Shown here: positions 9,819-19,783 of the stretch, in pieces
Position numbering within the stretch: the first letter of the stretch is position 1
How the letters are laid out: each line of letters opens with the position of its first letter
Assembly (NCBI GenBank): GCA_037310415.1
Contig: CP147780.1
Location: 160,001 to 224,000 of the forward strand
Length of the DNA stretch: 64,000 bases
Source of the DNA: Candidatus Atabeyarchaeum deiterrae
Lineage (GTDB): Archaea > Asgardarchaeota > Atabeyarchaeia > Atabeyarchaeales > Atabeyarchaeaceae
Direction: 5' to 3'
Notes under the pieces: model-generated
The model's input: the letters and a program-made list of their open reading frames with translations, nothing else
The model's database searches: none
Told to the model about the DNA's origin: nothing
Position numbers and translations under genes: made by a program

Positions 9819-11318
9819 TCACAGTGGTATTCCCGCCAATTTTCCAACCTCCTTGAGATACGCTTGAACAGGCAGAGGAAATCCCATGTCCTTTGCTATC
9901 CTCTTTGTAAAACCTGCTGTTCTGGAGGCTTTATCTAAGATCTTGGCAACACCTGAGCCAAACTGTACAGCGACCTTCCGCTTTGGAAGGATATCAACTG
10001 CAATACCTATTCTGCTAGCGGCTTGACGCAGTATGTGCTTACGGGAGATCGTCGCCATTCCCTTGAACAGTTTCATTTGAGGAGGGATTCCAAGCGAGAA
10101 TTCGACAACTGATGCATCAAGGAATGGAGCGAGAAGTATTGCTGAGTTCATGGTTCCTATCTGGTCAAACTGTGGCATTGTGTTTCCGAGTCCCACTATG
10201 TCATTAAGCATTTCTCTGCACAAGGCAGCATACCCACTGGAAACAAGCTTGGCTTCGTACCTTTCATATCCGCCAAATAGTTCGTCTGCACCTTGTCCAT
10301 GAAGTATTATGTGCTCGCCGCTTCTGACAGCTTCTCTCGTGGCTAGGTAGATAGGCAAGGAAGTGCTGACTGCGATCATCTCAAAACTTTCAATAGACTT
10401 CACAACAGGCAGTAGATAATTGGTGGCTTCATCAGAAGTTATGTTCTTCTCAACGAGTTGCAGACCTAGGGCTGCGGCCACTCTTCTAGCGCTAATCATG
10501 TCTCGTGATGACGATGTTCCAGCGCAGTAAAGAGTGCATTTAATTCCCAGGTCCTTTGAGAGTTTTGAGATAATTGAACTATCCAATCCACCAGAGAAGA
10601 GTATTCCCACGTTCCTGCCAGCGGAAGCGGTCATTTTCTTGACTGCGTTTGTGAGAAGAAGTACTAGTGAGTCAGTGAGCGAATTCTTTTCTGACTTGAT
10701 TGACCCCATCTTTATACCGTGGGTAATTCTCGTGACTTTGCCATCGACTATAATAAGTGGTTGGGGTAAAGCTCTGATGTCTGTCAATCCAGCTTCCCAT
10801 AGTGGTCGTCGCCTCGATGAGAAAACAAACATGTGATCATTTTCGGCAAAATAGAGGGGCTTCACTCCAATGGGGTCTCTCGCAAGGAGGAATGTATCAT
10901 CGCGCCTCAGTGCTAATGCGTATTGTCCATCGAGCGATTTCAGTAAGTTCTTGGCAGCAGATTCCAGGTTCTCAGTTCTGCCAATGTTATCCTCGAACTT
11001 GCCAATCAGTGAAGCGGGAGCATCTGGCATGTTGAATATGCTTCCAATCATGGCGACTGATCCTAACCTTGGATCCTTAGATGCCATGCAATGTTTCCTT
11101 TTCTCGCAAGAGCAGGCCGTACCTAGGACTGCAGTTGAAGAGGAAGATATTGAGTCTTCAATAACACGCATATTGTCTGCCACAAGATATTCTCCCTGTG
11201 AATTGACTACCAGATTCCTAAAATCGGAAGATTCACCATGAGCTGTTCTCAGCAATTGAAGGGCTGTCTTCGACACATCCCTTTTTGCCTTGCCCACAAC
11301 TCCCACTATAATGCACAT
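9819..11318 (-). CDS. Asparagine synthetase B-like protein
   Basis: N-terminal MC, RDPIGVKPLY, FSGGLDSS PP-loop, GQGADELFGGY; the GATase NGEIYN motif is degenerate (IGSIFN). Confidence 0.8.
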   Translation of the reverse strand: MCIIVGVVGKAKRDVSKTALQLLRTAHGESSDFRNLVVNSQGEYLVADNMRVIEDSISSSSTAVLGTACSCEKRKHCMASKDPRLGSVAMIGSIFNMPDAPASLIGKFEDNIGRTENLESAAKNLLKSLDGQYALALRRDDTFLLARDPIGVKPLYFAENDHMFVFSSRRRPLWEAGLTDIRALPQPLIIVDGKVTRITHGIKMGSIKSEKNSLTDSLVLLLTNAVKKMTASAGRNVGILFSGGLDSSIISKLSKDLGIKCTLYCAGTSSSRDMISARRVAAALGLQLVEKNITSDEATNYLLPVVKSIESFEMIAVSTSLPIYLATREAVRSGEHIILHGQGADELFGGYERYEAKLVSSGYAALCREMLNDIVGLGNTMPQFDQIGTMNSAILLAPFLDASVVEFSLGIPPQMKLFKGMATISRKHILRQAASRIGIAVDILPKRKVAVQFGSGVAKILDKASRTAGFTKRIAKDMGFPLPVQAYLKEVGKLAGIPL

Positions 11319-11455
11319 ACCAACCACACGACTTGATGAGTCCAACTAGTAAGGTTTTAAACCACGTTAAGCATTTTGATAATGAAATGGCTCCACTGAT
11401 TCACGGTAGCCGTGAAGACTCATGCTCCATTAGCCTAGAAAGGTGTTGATTTCAA

Positions 11456-12769
11456 TTGCTCGAACTAGGGGCACAATATGACAAGAGTCTTGTCAAGGAA
11501 GCTGATATTACCCCAGGGCTATTCAAGCCCAATTATAACCGCGGTATCCACATGGTTCTGCCAACGGCTCTATCATTTCTGGGTTTCAATCTACCTGAAG
11601 TCAAATACCCCTCTTTATCTGATGTCAAGAGCATCAAAAAAACAATGGAGAACAACACTTGTTTTGACGCAGACAAGATCATCATGATTGTCACCGACTC
11701 AGTTGGCATAGAACAATTCCAGAAATTCCGTCTTCTCCCAAAGGCTCATGAGAGCTTGGGAGGGCTCCAGCTTTCATCAGTCTTTCCAACAATAACATCC
11801 ACTGCTTTAGCATCGATACATCTGGCAGCCTCGCCTGGTATTCATGGCGTGTTTGGTCACAAGATCTTCTTCAAGGAACTTGGCGCTGTTGTCGACACAC
11901 TGAAAATGAGTACCTTGTCCTTTCCGTTTAGAGATGCTCTAGTGCGAGTTGGAATTGATGCGCGGGCGTTGACCTATTGTGACTCCCCCTATGATCTTGT
12001 AGAACAACAAGGCATTAGACATGTCGAGCTACTCGAGGATGAGATAGCCGGGACTGGACTGTCGAACATGATTTACAGAAGACAGGTCGCACATGGATTC
12101 AGCAATCTTATTGATGCATTCTCGACAGCGAAAACATTACTGGAGGAGGAAAGCAACAAGAAACTGATTGTGAACCTGTACACAGGTATCCTTGATTCAT
12201 TGAGCCATAAGTATGGCCCTCTAAGTGATGAGTATTCACTTGGCGCTAGGCATTTGGAAGAGAATATGAAAAGATTGATTGTGAGTGTCAGGGATAGTGT
12301 TGCAGAGAGGACGACATTTATCTTTCTCTCCGATCATGGACAGGATACAATTCATCCTGATTTGGAGATTACATTTACCAAAGATGAGTTGGACGAGCTC
12401 GGCAGGTTTCTCAGGGCTCCAATCGGAAAATCTGGCAGAGTTCTTCACTTCTACGCAAAGAAAGGATTCGAAGATCAATTGAGGAGAGCGTTGAATAACA
12501 AGGTCGAAAACCGTGGATACGTGATAACATTCGAAGAAGCCATCAAAAACTTCATCGGCAGAACACCTAACCTAGAAATGAGTAGACTAAGGCTGGGAGA
12601 CTTTCTTTTGGTTCTCAAGAAAGGAGTTAATGCTGAAATCAAAAAGAGCGAACCACCGAACGGATGGAAAGACCAATTCCTTGGCTCACATGGTTCTGCG
12701 ACGCTGAGCGAAATGATAGTTCCATTTATCGCGGTAAGACTATCCAGACTTAAGCAATGCATAACATGA
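11456..12769 (+). CDS. Alkaline phosphatase superfamily / nucleotide pyrophosphatase-like protein
   Basis: TDSVG, SSVFPTITST nucleophile motif, DSLSHKYG, SDHG, GSHGS. Confidence 0.85.
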   Translation: MLELGAQYDKSLVKEADITPGLFKPNYNRGIHMVLPTALSFLGFNLPEVKYPSLSDVKSIKKTMENNTCFDADKIIMIVTDSVGIEQFQKFRLLPKAHESLGGLQLSSVFPTITSTALASIHLAASPGIHGVFGHKIFFKELGAVVDTLKMSTLSFPFRDALVRVGIDARALTYCDSPYDLVEQQGIRHVELLEDEIAGTGLSNMIYRRQVAHGFSNLIDAFSTAKTLLEEESNKKLIVNLYTGILDSLSHKYGPLSDEYSLGARHLEENMKRLIVSVRDSVAERTTFIFLSDHGQDTIHPDLEITFTKDELDELGRFLRAPIGKSGRVLHFYAKKGFEDQLRRALNNKVENRGYVITFEEAIKNFIGRTPNLEMSRLRLGDFLLVLKKGVNAEIKKSEPPNGWKDQFLGSHGSATLSEMIVPFIAVRLSRLKQCIT

Positions 12770-12811
12770 TTCTATGATGATGCTGTCCCAGTTCCTTTGC
12801 GCTGGAAGCCA

Positions 12812-13684
12812 CTATTCTTCCTCTTTGTCTTCTTCCTTCTTTGCTCCACCCTTGAATATGTCCATTATCTCACCCAAATGCTTCTCCATTAGGGACTCAA
12901 GCGGTTCTTCAGATGAGACTTCTTCTTGTTTAGAGGATGGCTTTTCTCTTCTCCCCTTCCCTTCAAGTTTGGAAGCTTGACGAAGAAACTCAACAGCGAG
13001 TACGTGGCCATTCTCAATGATTACTCGAGGAGTGTGTTCTTCCGCCATAAAAATACCGTCTTCAAGAGGGTTAGTGACTCTTCCAATCTTATGTTCAACT
13101 TTCTCCTTTCCGAATACCCTAGTCCTAGACACTGAGACCGCAAATATGTCGTGACCAATGACGACCAGTTCTCTCTCGAATCCTTTGGGAACCTCGATTT
13201 GGCTCAGCCGTTCAATCACCCTAGTCTGATCAAGCTCGCCTCTCTGACTAATAGTCTGCGGCTGAACCACGCGCGGCGGTGAAGGGATATTCGGCACGAC
13301 AGCCACTGGTGGTGGTCTGGGCTGAGGTTGAACTCTGGGAGTAGAAACCTGAGGCGCAGAACGTGATTCACTTTTGCCGGAGGCAGAAGGAGGGGCAACC
13401 TGCGGACGACCAAGAGTGAAATTCACACCTGCTTTGAGGAAATCCGGATTCTCAGCTTCGTCGATCTGGACCATTTTGTATGAGAGACCGTGTTCGAGTC
13501 TTAAGCTTGAGGCTAGGCGGGCACCAATGAATTTGCTGCGAGTTCTTGCTTCCTTCCCACACCATAAGATTATCTGCTTCTCGTCGTCGTTGACGAACAG
13601 GTAGACTTTGCCACTATCCACATCTTCTCTTCTGAATAGGATTTCCTTCAACTCGCCGTCCTCAGTGACCTCAAGCATCCTCAT
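12812..13684 (-). CDS. Asgard single-domain gelsolin with Pro-rich linker and domain X (1DGelX-like)
   Basis: DVDSGKVYLFVNDDEKQIILWCGKEA gelsolin-domain pattern, QIDEAE, P/Q-rich linker, C-terminal beta-rich domain and acidic tail. Confidence 0.75.
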   Translation of the reverse strand: MRMLEVTEDGELKEILFRREDVDSGKVYLFVNDDEKQIILWCGKEARTRSKFIGARLASSLRLEHGLSYKMVQIDEAENPDFLKAGVNFTLGRPQVAPPSASGKSESRSAPQVSTPRVQPQPRPPPVAVVPNIPSPPRVVQPQTISQRGELDQTRVIERLSQIEVPKGFERELVVIGHDIFAVSVSRTRVFGKEKVEHKIGRVTNPLEDGIFMAEEHTPRVIIENGHVLAVEFLRQASKLEGKGRREKPSSKQEEVSSEEPLESLMEKHLGEIMDIFKGGAKKEEDKEEE

Positions 13685-13981
13685 TTTGAGAATTCCACCT
13701 TTTTGGATGAACGAAAGAGTATCTAAGACAAGTGACCGTTTCTTGCTTCGATTGTCGCTCTCTGCGACTCTAAGTATAAGTTGGATTCAGTATTTATTCT
13801 TTCCATTATCTTTTGAGCCTTGATCTGATCCCTGCCTTCCCGATTGAGCGTCAGATCTGCTTGCTTGTTCACGTTTATAGGTATTGTGAAAACGCCTAAT
13901 ATATTTTTGCCGTCTACTCTGCAATGCCAAAGCGCCATGCCACTTCCGTCACTACATCCAGCGTATTAACAAAACCATAGT

Positions 13982-14536
13982 TTATCCAATGAACCGCTCC
14001 ATTATTATCTCGTCAACATATTCGCCATTGACGTTGAACTGGCTCTTCTTTCTGCCGACTTTCTTAAAGCCGAATTTGTTGTATAGTTTCATGGCTCTCT
14101 TGTTGTTATGAAAAACGCTCAATTCTATCTTCTTGAAGCCTTTCTTCGGAGCTTCATCAATCGCTGATTCTAAGAGAGCTGCGCCGATTCCAATGCCTCG
14201 AAACTCAGATAGAACCGCTATGCCTAGTTCGCCGACATGCTGAGAGATATCCCAAATCGATTCTTCAATGGTGAGATAACCAACCGTCTTCCCCTGAACC
14301 TGGGCAACCAAGGTAATCAATCTCCTTTTGCCGCTATCACTCAGCAGGGCACGATAGTATGCGTCCAGAGCTGCATTCTCGCGAGCATTTGCAGTGTATC
14401 TTCCTTCCTTCTGAGCACTTCGAAAAACACCCCATATTTCTGCAAAATCGACCTCAGCAGCTTCTCTCACGGTTGCTTCTTGGTTCAATTTGGTTGAAAA
14501 CTGTCTTGGAAGCAAGACGATCCGACACCTTGTCAA
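13982..14536 (-). CDS. GNAT family N-acetyltransferase
   Basis: FRGIGIG acetyl-CoA motif, NKRAMKLYNKFGF. Confidence 0.88.
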   Translation of the reverse strand: MTRCRIVLLPRQFSTKLNQEATVREAAEVDFAEIWGVFRSAQKEGRYTANARENAALDAYYRALLSDSGKRRLITLVAQVQGKTVGYLTIEESIWDISQHVGELGIAVLSEFRGIGIGAALLESAIDEAPKKGFKKIELSVFHNNKRAMKLYNKFGFKKVGRKKSQFNVNGEYVDEIIMERFIG

Positions 14537-14578
14537 TAGGGTGGATATCCAGACCTCTGAGTTGACCTTTCTTCTCTA

Positions 14579-14950
14579 TTATATCCAATCCGTGGCGAGC
14601 TTTGACAACGGTATGTTCTCAAACTTGCCCCTCGGCAACTTCCTCCGGATTGTTATCGGCAACACGTTTGCTTTAAGTTCAAAATCAGCTATTGCTATTG
14701 GATCCGTTAATCCCGCTGGGATCTCTATCAGTATTGGCGCACCCAACGAGAGTTGGAGAGCCCGCGCCCCAATAATCCTTGACTTTTCATACTTAGTCAA
14801 CGGAAGTCTTAACGGCGTCAGAGGATCGAACTTCATGGATGCAATCATTCCCTTCTCAGAGTTAACTTTCTCCTCGGTCCGTGCTGGAGAGGATGGATCT
14901 GCTCCTTCATCGTTTTTCCCTTGGTTCTCCAACTTGGAGCTACCTTTCAC
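14579..14950 (-). CDS. rpoK: DNA-directed RNA polymerase subunit Rpo6/K
   Basis: LTKYEKSRIIGARALQLSLGAP...LPITIRRKLP RPB6 signature; start uncertain (about 45-aa N-terminal extension). Confidence 0.93.
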   Translation of the reverse strand: MKGSSKLENQGKNDEGADPSSPARTEEKVNSEKGMIASMKFDPLTPLRLPLTKYEKSRIIGARALQLSLGAPILIEIPAGLTDPIAIADFELKANVLPITIRRKLPRGKFENIPLSKLATDWI

Positions 14951-15372
14951 CTAGCTTTTCGCCTCCAGCATTGTATGAGTCACTCATCTTGTGAACTCAT
15001 GCCTTTCCTCCGTAAGACCCGAAAAGACATGTTATGCTTAATTCGATCCCAAATCCAGCGCGTATACTGCTAACTCTCAAATGATACCTGAAAGAACCGT
15101 CTCTCGCGCAAACTTGACACTCAAAAGTAATGCTTAAGATTAAGCTGGTTTCTATTTAAATTTTGCGTTCAGATCTGTCTCTCGTAGCTCTTTCCTAGGT
15201 TTCTTGAACGACGCGAATCTTACCACGCTTCTCTCCTTCTTCCAGCTTAGTTGCTTTAAGCGTTGACAAAGTGTCTCGGACTCTCACTCGCTTCATGCCT
15301 TTTCCCTTTAACTCTCTCCTTATCCCATGCGTCGAGAGCCTGTGGCATTCGAGACAAACAAGCGATGATCAA

Positions 15373-15936
15373 CTATTTGGACTGTTCTTCATCACGTTTG
15401 CTCATAAGGTAGGCATCTTCCCCGTCGCTATAGTAGCCTCTTAGAACCTTGGCATCCGTGAAACCCATTTTTTTGTAAAGTGAGACGGCAGGTGTGTTGC
15501 TCATTCTGACTTCGAGAACGTATTCTGAAGCTCCATAATCATGCATTGCCTCAAGTGATCTTGAGGCAAGATCATATGCTATACCGTTCTTCCTATATTC
15601 GTGCAGGACTGCAACGGAAACTATATGTCCCTTCCGCGTTAATCTAAACCCAAAGTTGGATAGACCTCTCTCTATCCGGCCCATAATGTATCCAACGATT
15701 TCTTTTCTGGACATGTATTCAGATACCAAGAATGACTTTGGGTATCTTTCATAAATATCAACAAAGAAACCGCTAGGATAATTTTCTGGGAGACACTTCT
15801 TGTTTATCATGATCACTTGGTCCAGATCCTTCACAGAGAATCGTCTTGTTCTGAACGAATTGTCATGAGTCGCGTCCATCTCTGGAGCCTCCTGCGTCAA
15901 CGCGAACGAATGCTGGCGTTCTGAAAGATTAGACAT
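15373..15936 (-). CDS. ard1: N-terminal protein acetyltransferase Ard1/RimI family
   Basis: CLPENY, GHIVSVAV, LEVRMSN, YYSDGEDAY. Confidence 0.9.
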   Translation of the reverse strand: MSNLSERQHSFALTQEAPEMDATHDNSFRTRRFSVKDLDQVIMINKKCLPENYPSGFFVDIYERYPKSFLVSEYMSRKEIVGYIMGRIERGLSNFGFRLTRKGHIVSVAVLHEYRKNGIAYDLASRSLEAMHDYGASEYVLEVRMSNTPAVSLYKKMGFTDAKVLRGYYSDGEDAYLMSKRDEEQSK

Positions 15937-16021
15937 AAAGCTTTTTAACTTTCCTCTTCACTGGTTGTTAGAAGAATAGTCTGGTCTTCCATTCATTCAA
16001 TCTAACCGGCGAGTCCTCGGG

Positions 16022-17215
16022 GTGGCGCAGCTGAATTCTGGAACAGCACCTTTCTCTTCAAGCAGTGTTTCCCAATCGATTTCTTACGCCGAATTGAGTG
16101 CTATAATCGAAAGGCTGTTCAAGATACAGCAAGGATTCGTGGATAATGTTCACGGGAGCATACCGACATTCTATATCGAGAGAGACGAAAGAACCAAGGT
16201 CAATTTCGGGAGACTGAGGGATCGTCTCGACAGCTACTCGCTCATACCAATGTTAAGAGAAGGAGAAGAGAAATCACAGTATATTCTCAGGATATTTAGC
16301 ATTAGGAATGAACTTGCCGCACAATTGCAGCAACGGAAGAAGAGAAAGATACCAGTGCAACTAATCCTTCTAGTAACAACTTTGGTAACGGTTACTATCG
16401 CTGGATACTTCATATCTGACGCATGGTTCCAATCATTTGGCGGAGGCTCACTGTGGGAAATCCTACCCGCAACTGCTGCGTATGCGGCATCATTGATGGC
16501 AATACTGACTGTGCATGAGCTTGGTCACGTTATCGTCTGCAGAGCCCGTGGGATAAAATCTACGCTACCATACTTTATTCCCGCGCCACCTTGGTTGGGA
16601 GCGGGACTCTACACACCTGGAACCTTCGGTGCCTTGATAGTCGAGAAGAGTCCGCCCACCAACAGGGACGAACTGTTCGATCTAGGAATTGCTGGACCTC
16701 TGTCTGGATTTATTGTGGCCATAATCGTGACAGTTATCGGAGTTTCGCTATCGGTCAATCTGCCCGTCACCGGACCATTAGCGGGCATTTACCCTCCTCC
16801 AATAATGTACCTAGTACTCAGTTTGTTCCCTGGGTTGGCTGTTCCTGGAACATACATTTCACTTCATCCAGTTGCTCAGGCGGGCTTCCTAGGACTCATA
16901 ATCACTTCTCTTAATCTGTTTCCTGTTAGTCAGCTGGACGGGGGACACGTCTCGAGGGCAGTGTTTGGTGTGAGAGGATATAGAAAAGCTTCTGCGGTAT
17001 CTATGATTTTGCTTCTGTTCCTCGCACTGATAAGTGTCTTCTTTCTCCCGTTCGCTATATTGATACTCTTGTTCTCATTTGCTGGGGGGCATCCAGGACC
17101 TCTAGACGATGTATCCGTGATAGGAAAAGGAAGAAAGCTCATCATGGTATTGGGATTTGTCGTACTATTTCTTTCGTTGCCAATGGAGTACCTGAAGCTC
17201 ATATTTCCATCCTAA
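16022..17215 (+). CDS. Site-2 protease (M50 family) intramembrane metalloprotease
   Basis: HELGH, GTFGA, AGP, NLFPVSQLDGGH, multiple TM segments. Confidence 0.92.
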   Translation: MAQLNSGTAPFSSSSVSQSISYAELSAIIERLFKIQQGFVDNVHGSIPTFYIERDERTKVNFGRLRDRLDSYSLIPMLREGEEKSQYILRIFSIRNELAAQLQQRKKRKIPVQLILLVTTLVTVTIAGYFISDAWFQSFGGGSLWEILPATAAYAASLMAILTVHELGHVIVCRARGIKSTLPYFIPAPPWLGAGLYTPGTFGALIVEKSPPTNRDELFDLGIAGPLSGFIVAIIVTVIGVSLSVNLPVTGPLAGIYPPPIMYLVLSLFPGLAVPGTYISLHPVAQAGFLGLIITSLNLFPVSQLDGGHVSRAVFGVRGYRKASAVSMILLLFLALISVFFLPFAILILLFSFAGGHPGPLDDVSVIGKGRKLIMVLGFVVLFLSLPMEYLKLIFPS

Positions 17216-17356
17216 TCGCGACAGACTGACACTCCTAATTTTCTCGAATGTTTCTGTTCTCAATCGTTATTACTTGAGGATAACGCTTTTTAGTTTTCTC
17301 AGACCTTCACGTCTTATGTGTCAACAGCATGAGTTTCTCATGGAGGAGATAAGATC

Positions 17357-18046
17357 ATGGATGCATGGAAGAAGGTACTGATTGAGCTCATAGTTGAGAA
17401 GAATGGTCTGTTATTTGGTGAGTTTCAACTCAAGAGCGGCAGAATATCCCCGTATTTCTTCAATTTGGCTTACGTGGTAAGCGACGGACAGGGAATTGCC
17501 AAAGTCTCTGAGGCTTACGCGTTGGCAATGCGCGACCAGATTGGCTTGAATGCCTTCGATTATATTCACGGACCCGCATACAAGGCGATAGCCCTAGCAG
17601 GTTCGGTCGCTTTGGAGCTGTATCGGGAATTCAAGGCGAATAAAAGATGGGGATTCGACAGGAAGCAACCAAAGGAGTACGGTGTTCAGAAGGAAAAGTG
17701 GTTGGTCGGTGAGATCCGAGACAACGATCGGATCTTGATAATCGATGATACTGTTACCACAGGAGAAGCGAAGATGGAGAGCATGGAAAAAATCAATGCA
17801 TTCTCCGAGTGCAAAGGATTGAAGTTCGTAGCAACTCTTGTCATGTTGGATAGAATGGAGAAAAGTGTGCAAGGAGCCTCAGCCTCCTCTGATCTTAAAC
17901 AGAAAGGTTTGGGCCTATACTCAATAGTGAGAATTAGGGACGTGTTTGAATATCTCAAAGAAAGAAAAGTCAAAGGGAAGATCTATGTTACCAAGGAGAC
18001 TTGTGATTCATTTAACCAGTATTTCGAGAAGTACGGCGTCTCCTAG
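17357..18046 (+). CDS. pyrE: Orotate phosphoribosyltransferase
   Basis: FGEFQLKSGRISPYFFN, GPAYKA, IIDDTVTTG PRPP motif. Confidence 0.93.
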   Translation: MDAWKKVLIELIVEKNGLLFGEFQLKSGRISPYFFNLAYVVSDGQGIAKVSEAYALAMRDQIGLNAFDYIHGPAYKAIALAGSVALELYREFKANKRWGFDRKQPKEYGVQKEKWLVGEIRDNDRILIIDDTVTTGEAKMESMEKINAFSECKGLKFVATLVMLDRMEKSVQGASASSDLKQKGLGLYSIVRIRDVFEYLKERKVKGKIYVTKETCDSFNQYFEKYGVS

Positions 18047-18231
18047 TCTTCAGCTGACGACATAGGCAAAATGACTTGTTTGTGAACGGTTACCTTACAT
18101 AGGGGCGGAAGACATTTCTGGATATACGAACTCCCCTGATGGCTTGGAGTCATTAACCTTAATAGTGTATTAAACAGAAAGATAATTGAGTGGCATCAGA
18201 TATTCTTATGGGTTTAAAGGGCTGAGAGTCA

Positions 18232-18783
18232 ATGGCATACGACTATCTGTTCAAAGTGATTGCTGTCGGTGATGGAGCAGTCGGAAAGACTAGCATCACC
18301 CTTCGTTTCAGCACAGGAACCTTCAGAGACTCATATATCATGACTATTGGAGTAGACTTTGCGGTAAAGACGATTAATGCGGCTACTTCAGATGGTACGA
18401 AGAATGTGAAGCTGCAGATCTGGGATACAGGTGGGCAGGAAAGGTTCTCTTATGTTCGTCCTCTCTACTATAAGGGAGCGATGGGGGGAATAGTCGTCTT
18501 CGATGTCACTCAGCCAGAGAGTTTTGAGAACGTTCCAAAATGGTTTGAAGAGGTCAGGAAAAACCGGGGCAACATCCCTTTGGTCTTGGTCGGAAACAAA
18601 GTCGACCTTCCCGATCGCAGGATCTCTTCCGAGCAAGCGATCGCAATGGCTGAGAAATACTGCCCAAGGAACCCCAGGTACTTCGAGGCAAGCGCCAAGA
18701 CGGGTGAAAGCGTACAAACAATATTCCTTGAACTATCAAAGATCATGGTAGATTACGCGAAGCAAGTTGAAACAGAAGGATAG
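18232..18783 (+). CDS. Rab-like small GTPase
   Basis: G1 GDGAVGKT, G3 WDTGGQE, G4 NKVD, G5 EASAK; RabF-like IGVDF, KLQIW, RFSYV, YYKGA, VFDVT. Confidence 0.93.
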   Translation: MAYDYLFKVIAVGDGAVGKTSITLRFSTGTFRDSYIMTIGVDFAVKTINAATSDGTKNVKLQIWDTGGQERFSYVRPLYYKGAMGGIVVFDVTQPESFENVPKWFEEVRKNRGNIPLVLVGNKVDLPDRRISSEQAIAMAEKYCPRNPRYFEASAKTGESVQTIFLELSKIMVDYAKQVETEG

Positions 18784-18916
18784 CAGAAATCAGCGACTAT
18801 TGGCGGTCACTTGTTAGTCATACATGACTTGCTTGGCTCAATGAATACATCAAACTTAATTGGCCTTGAGCAATGTCGTCTCAGCTTCTGTGATTGTCAC
18901 GGAAAGGCTGGATCAC

Positions 18917-19684
18917 ATGGTCGTATCAGATGGTTACTGTGGCTTTTCTGTTTCTGGTGGAATGAGAAGCTACTATGGGAGATTCGGTTTAGTAGAGATT
19001 CAAAGTACGTTCTACAATGTCCCTCGCCTCGAAACTATTGAAAAGTTGAGAACTGACGCGCCAAACATTTTCGAGTTTGCGCCAAAGATGTTCCAAGGAA
19101 CAACGCATCCGACCTCAAGCCTGACATGGAGAAGGTTTCGAGGAAAACTTTTCAACGTGCACAAAGACAGCGAGAAATACGGGTTCCTGAGACCAACTGA
19201 TGAAGTACTTGACTGTTGGAACATGATGACAGAAATCTGCACAAGACTGAAATCTCAGGTGACATTGATACAGACCCACCCAGCTCCAACTGCTCCCAAA
19301 CCAACATCAAGAACATGGACTCGCTGTTGACGACCGCAGATAGAAAGAAGATTGTTATCTGTTGGGAACCTCGAGGAGGCTGGGATGAGAATCCTGACAA
19401 GATAAGAAAGCATCCGCTCCAAGCTCGACTTGCTTCACGTTATAGACATAATGAAAAGGGAACCACTTTCCTCACATGAGGTGAGTTATCTGAGGTTACA
19501 TGGACTTAACCCTCGTGAGTTTGACCATAGGTATGAGTACAATGATGAGGAACTGCTCGACTTTAGAGAAAAGGTTCTTAAAATCGATGAGAATAGTAGG
19601 AAGGTATACATTCTGTTCAACAATACCAATATGGCTACTGATGCCAGTCGGTTCAAGAAGATGATCCTTCCGGCAAGCAAATAG
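18917..19684 (+). pseudogene. DUF72 family gene broken by two frameshifts
   Basis: DUF72 motifs (VEIQSTFY, QT-PPS, WEPRG, YLRLHG, YILFNN) lie in three successive ORFs; shifts near 19275 and 19408. Confidence 0.8.
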
Positions 19685-19783
19685 AGAAAGACGAAAATGA
19701 CTCAGAAGCACCAACATATTGACCACTCTCATGGCACTGTGATCTTTGTCTGATACACTGAGCAAATGAGGTGAATCAGTTAC

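Noticed and set aside
15165-15372. Pyrimidine-rich stretch with short long-range pairings (TGTCTC/GAGACA, CGACGC/GCGTCG) and a 33-codon minus-strand ORF
   Set aside because: The nearby TTTAAATA has its BRE on the minus strand (rpoK promoter); no clean K-turn; evidence too weak for an sRNA or peptide.
19328-19330. In-frame TGA in the DUF72 ORF as a possible Sec codon
   Set aside because: The frame after it is non-homologous and hits TAA; the homology continues in another frame.
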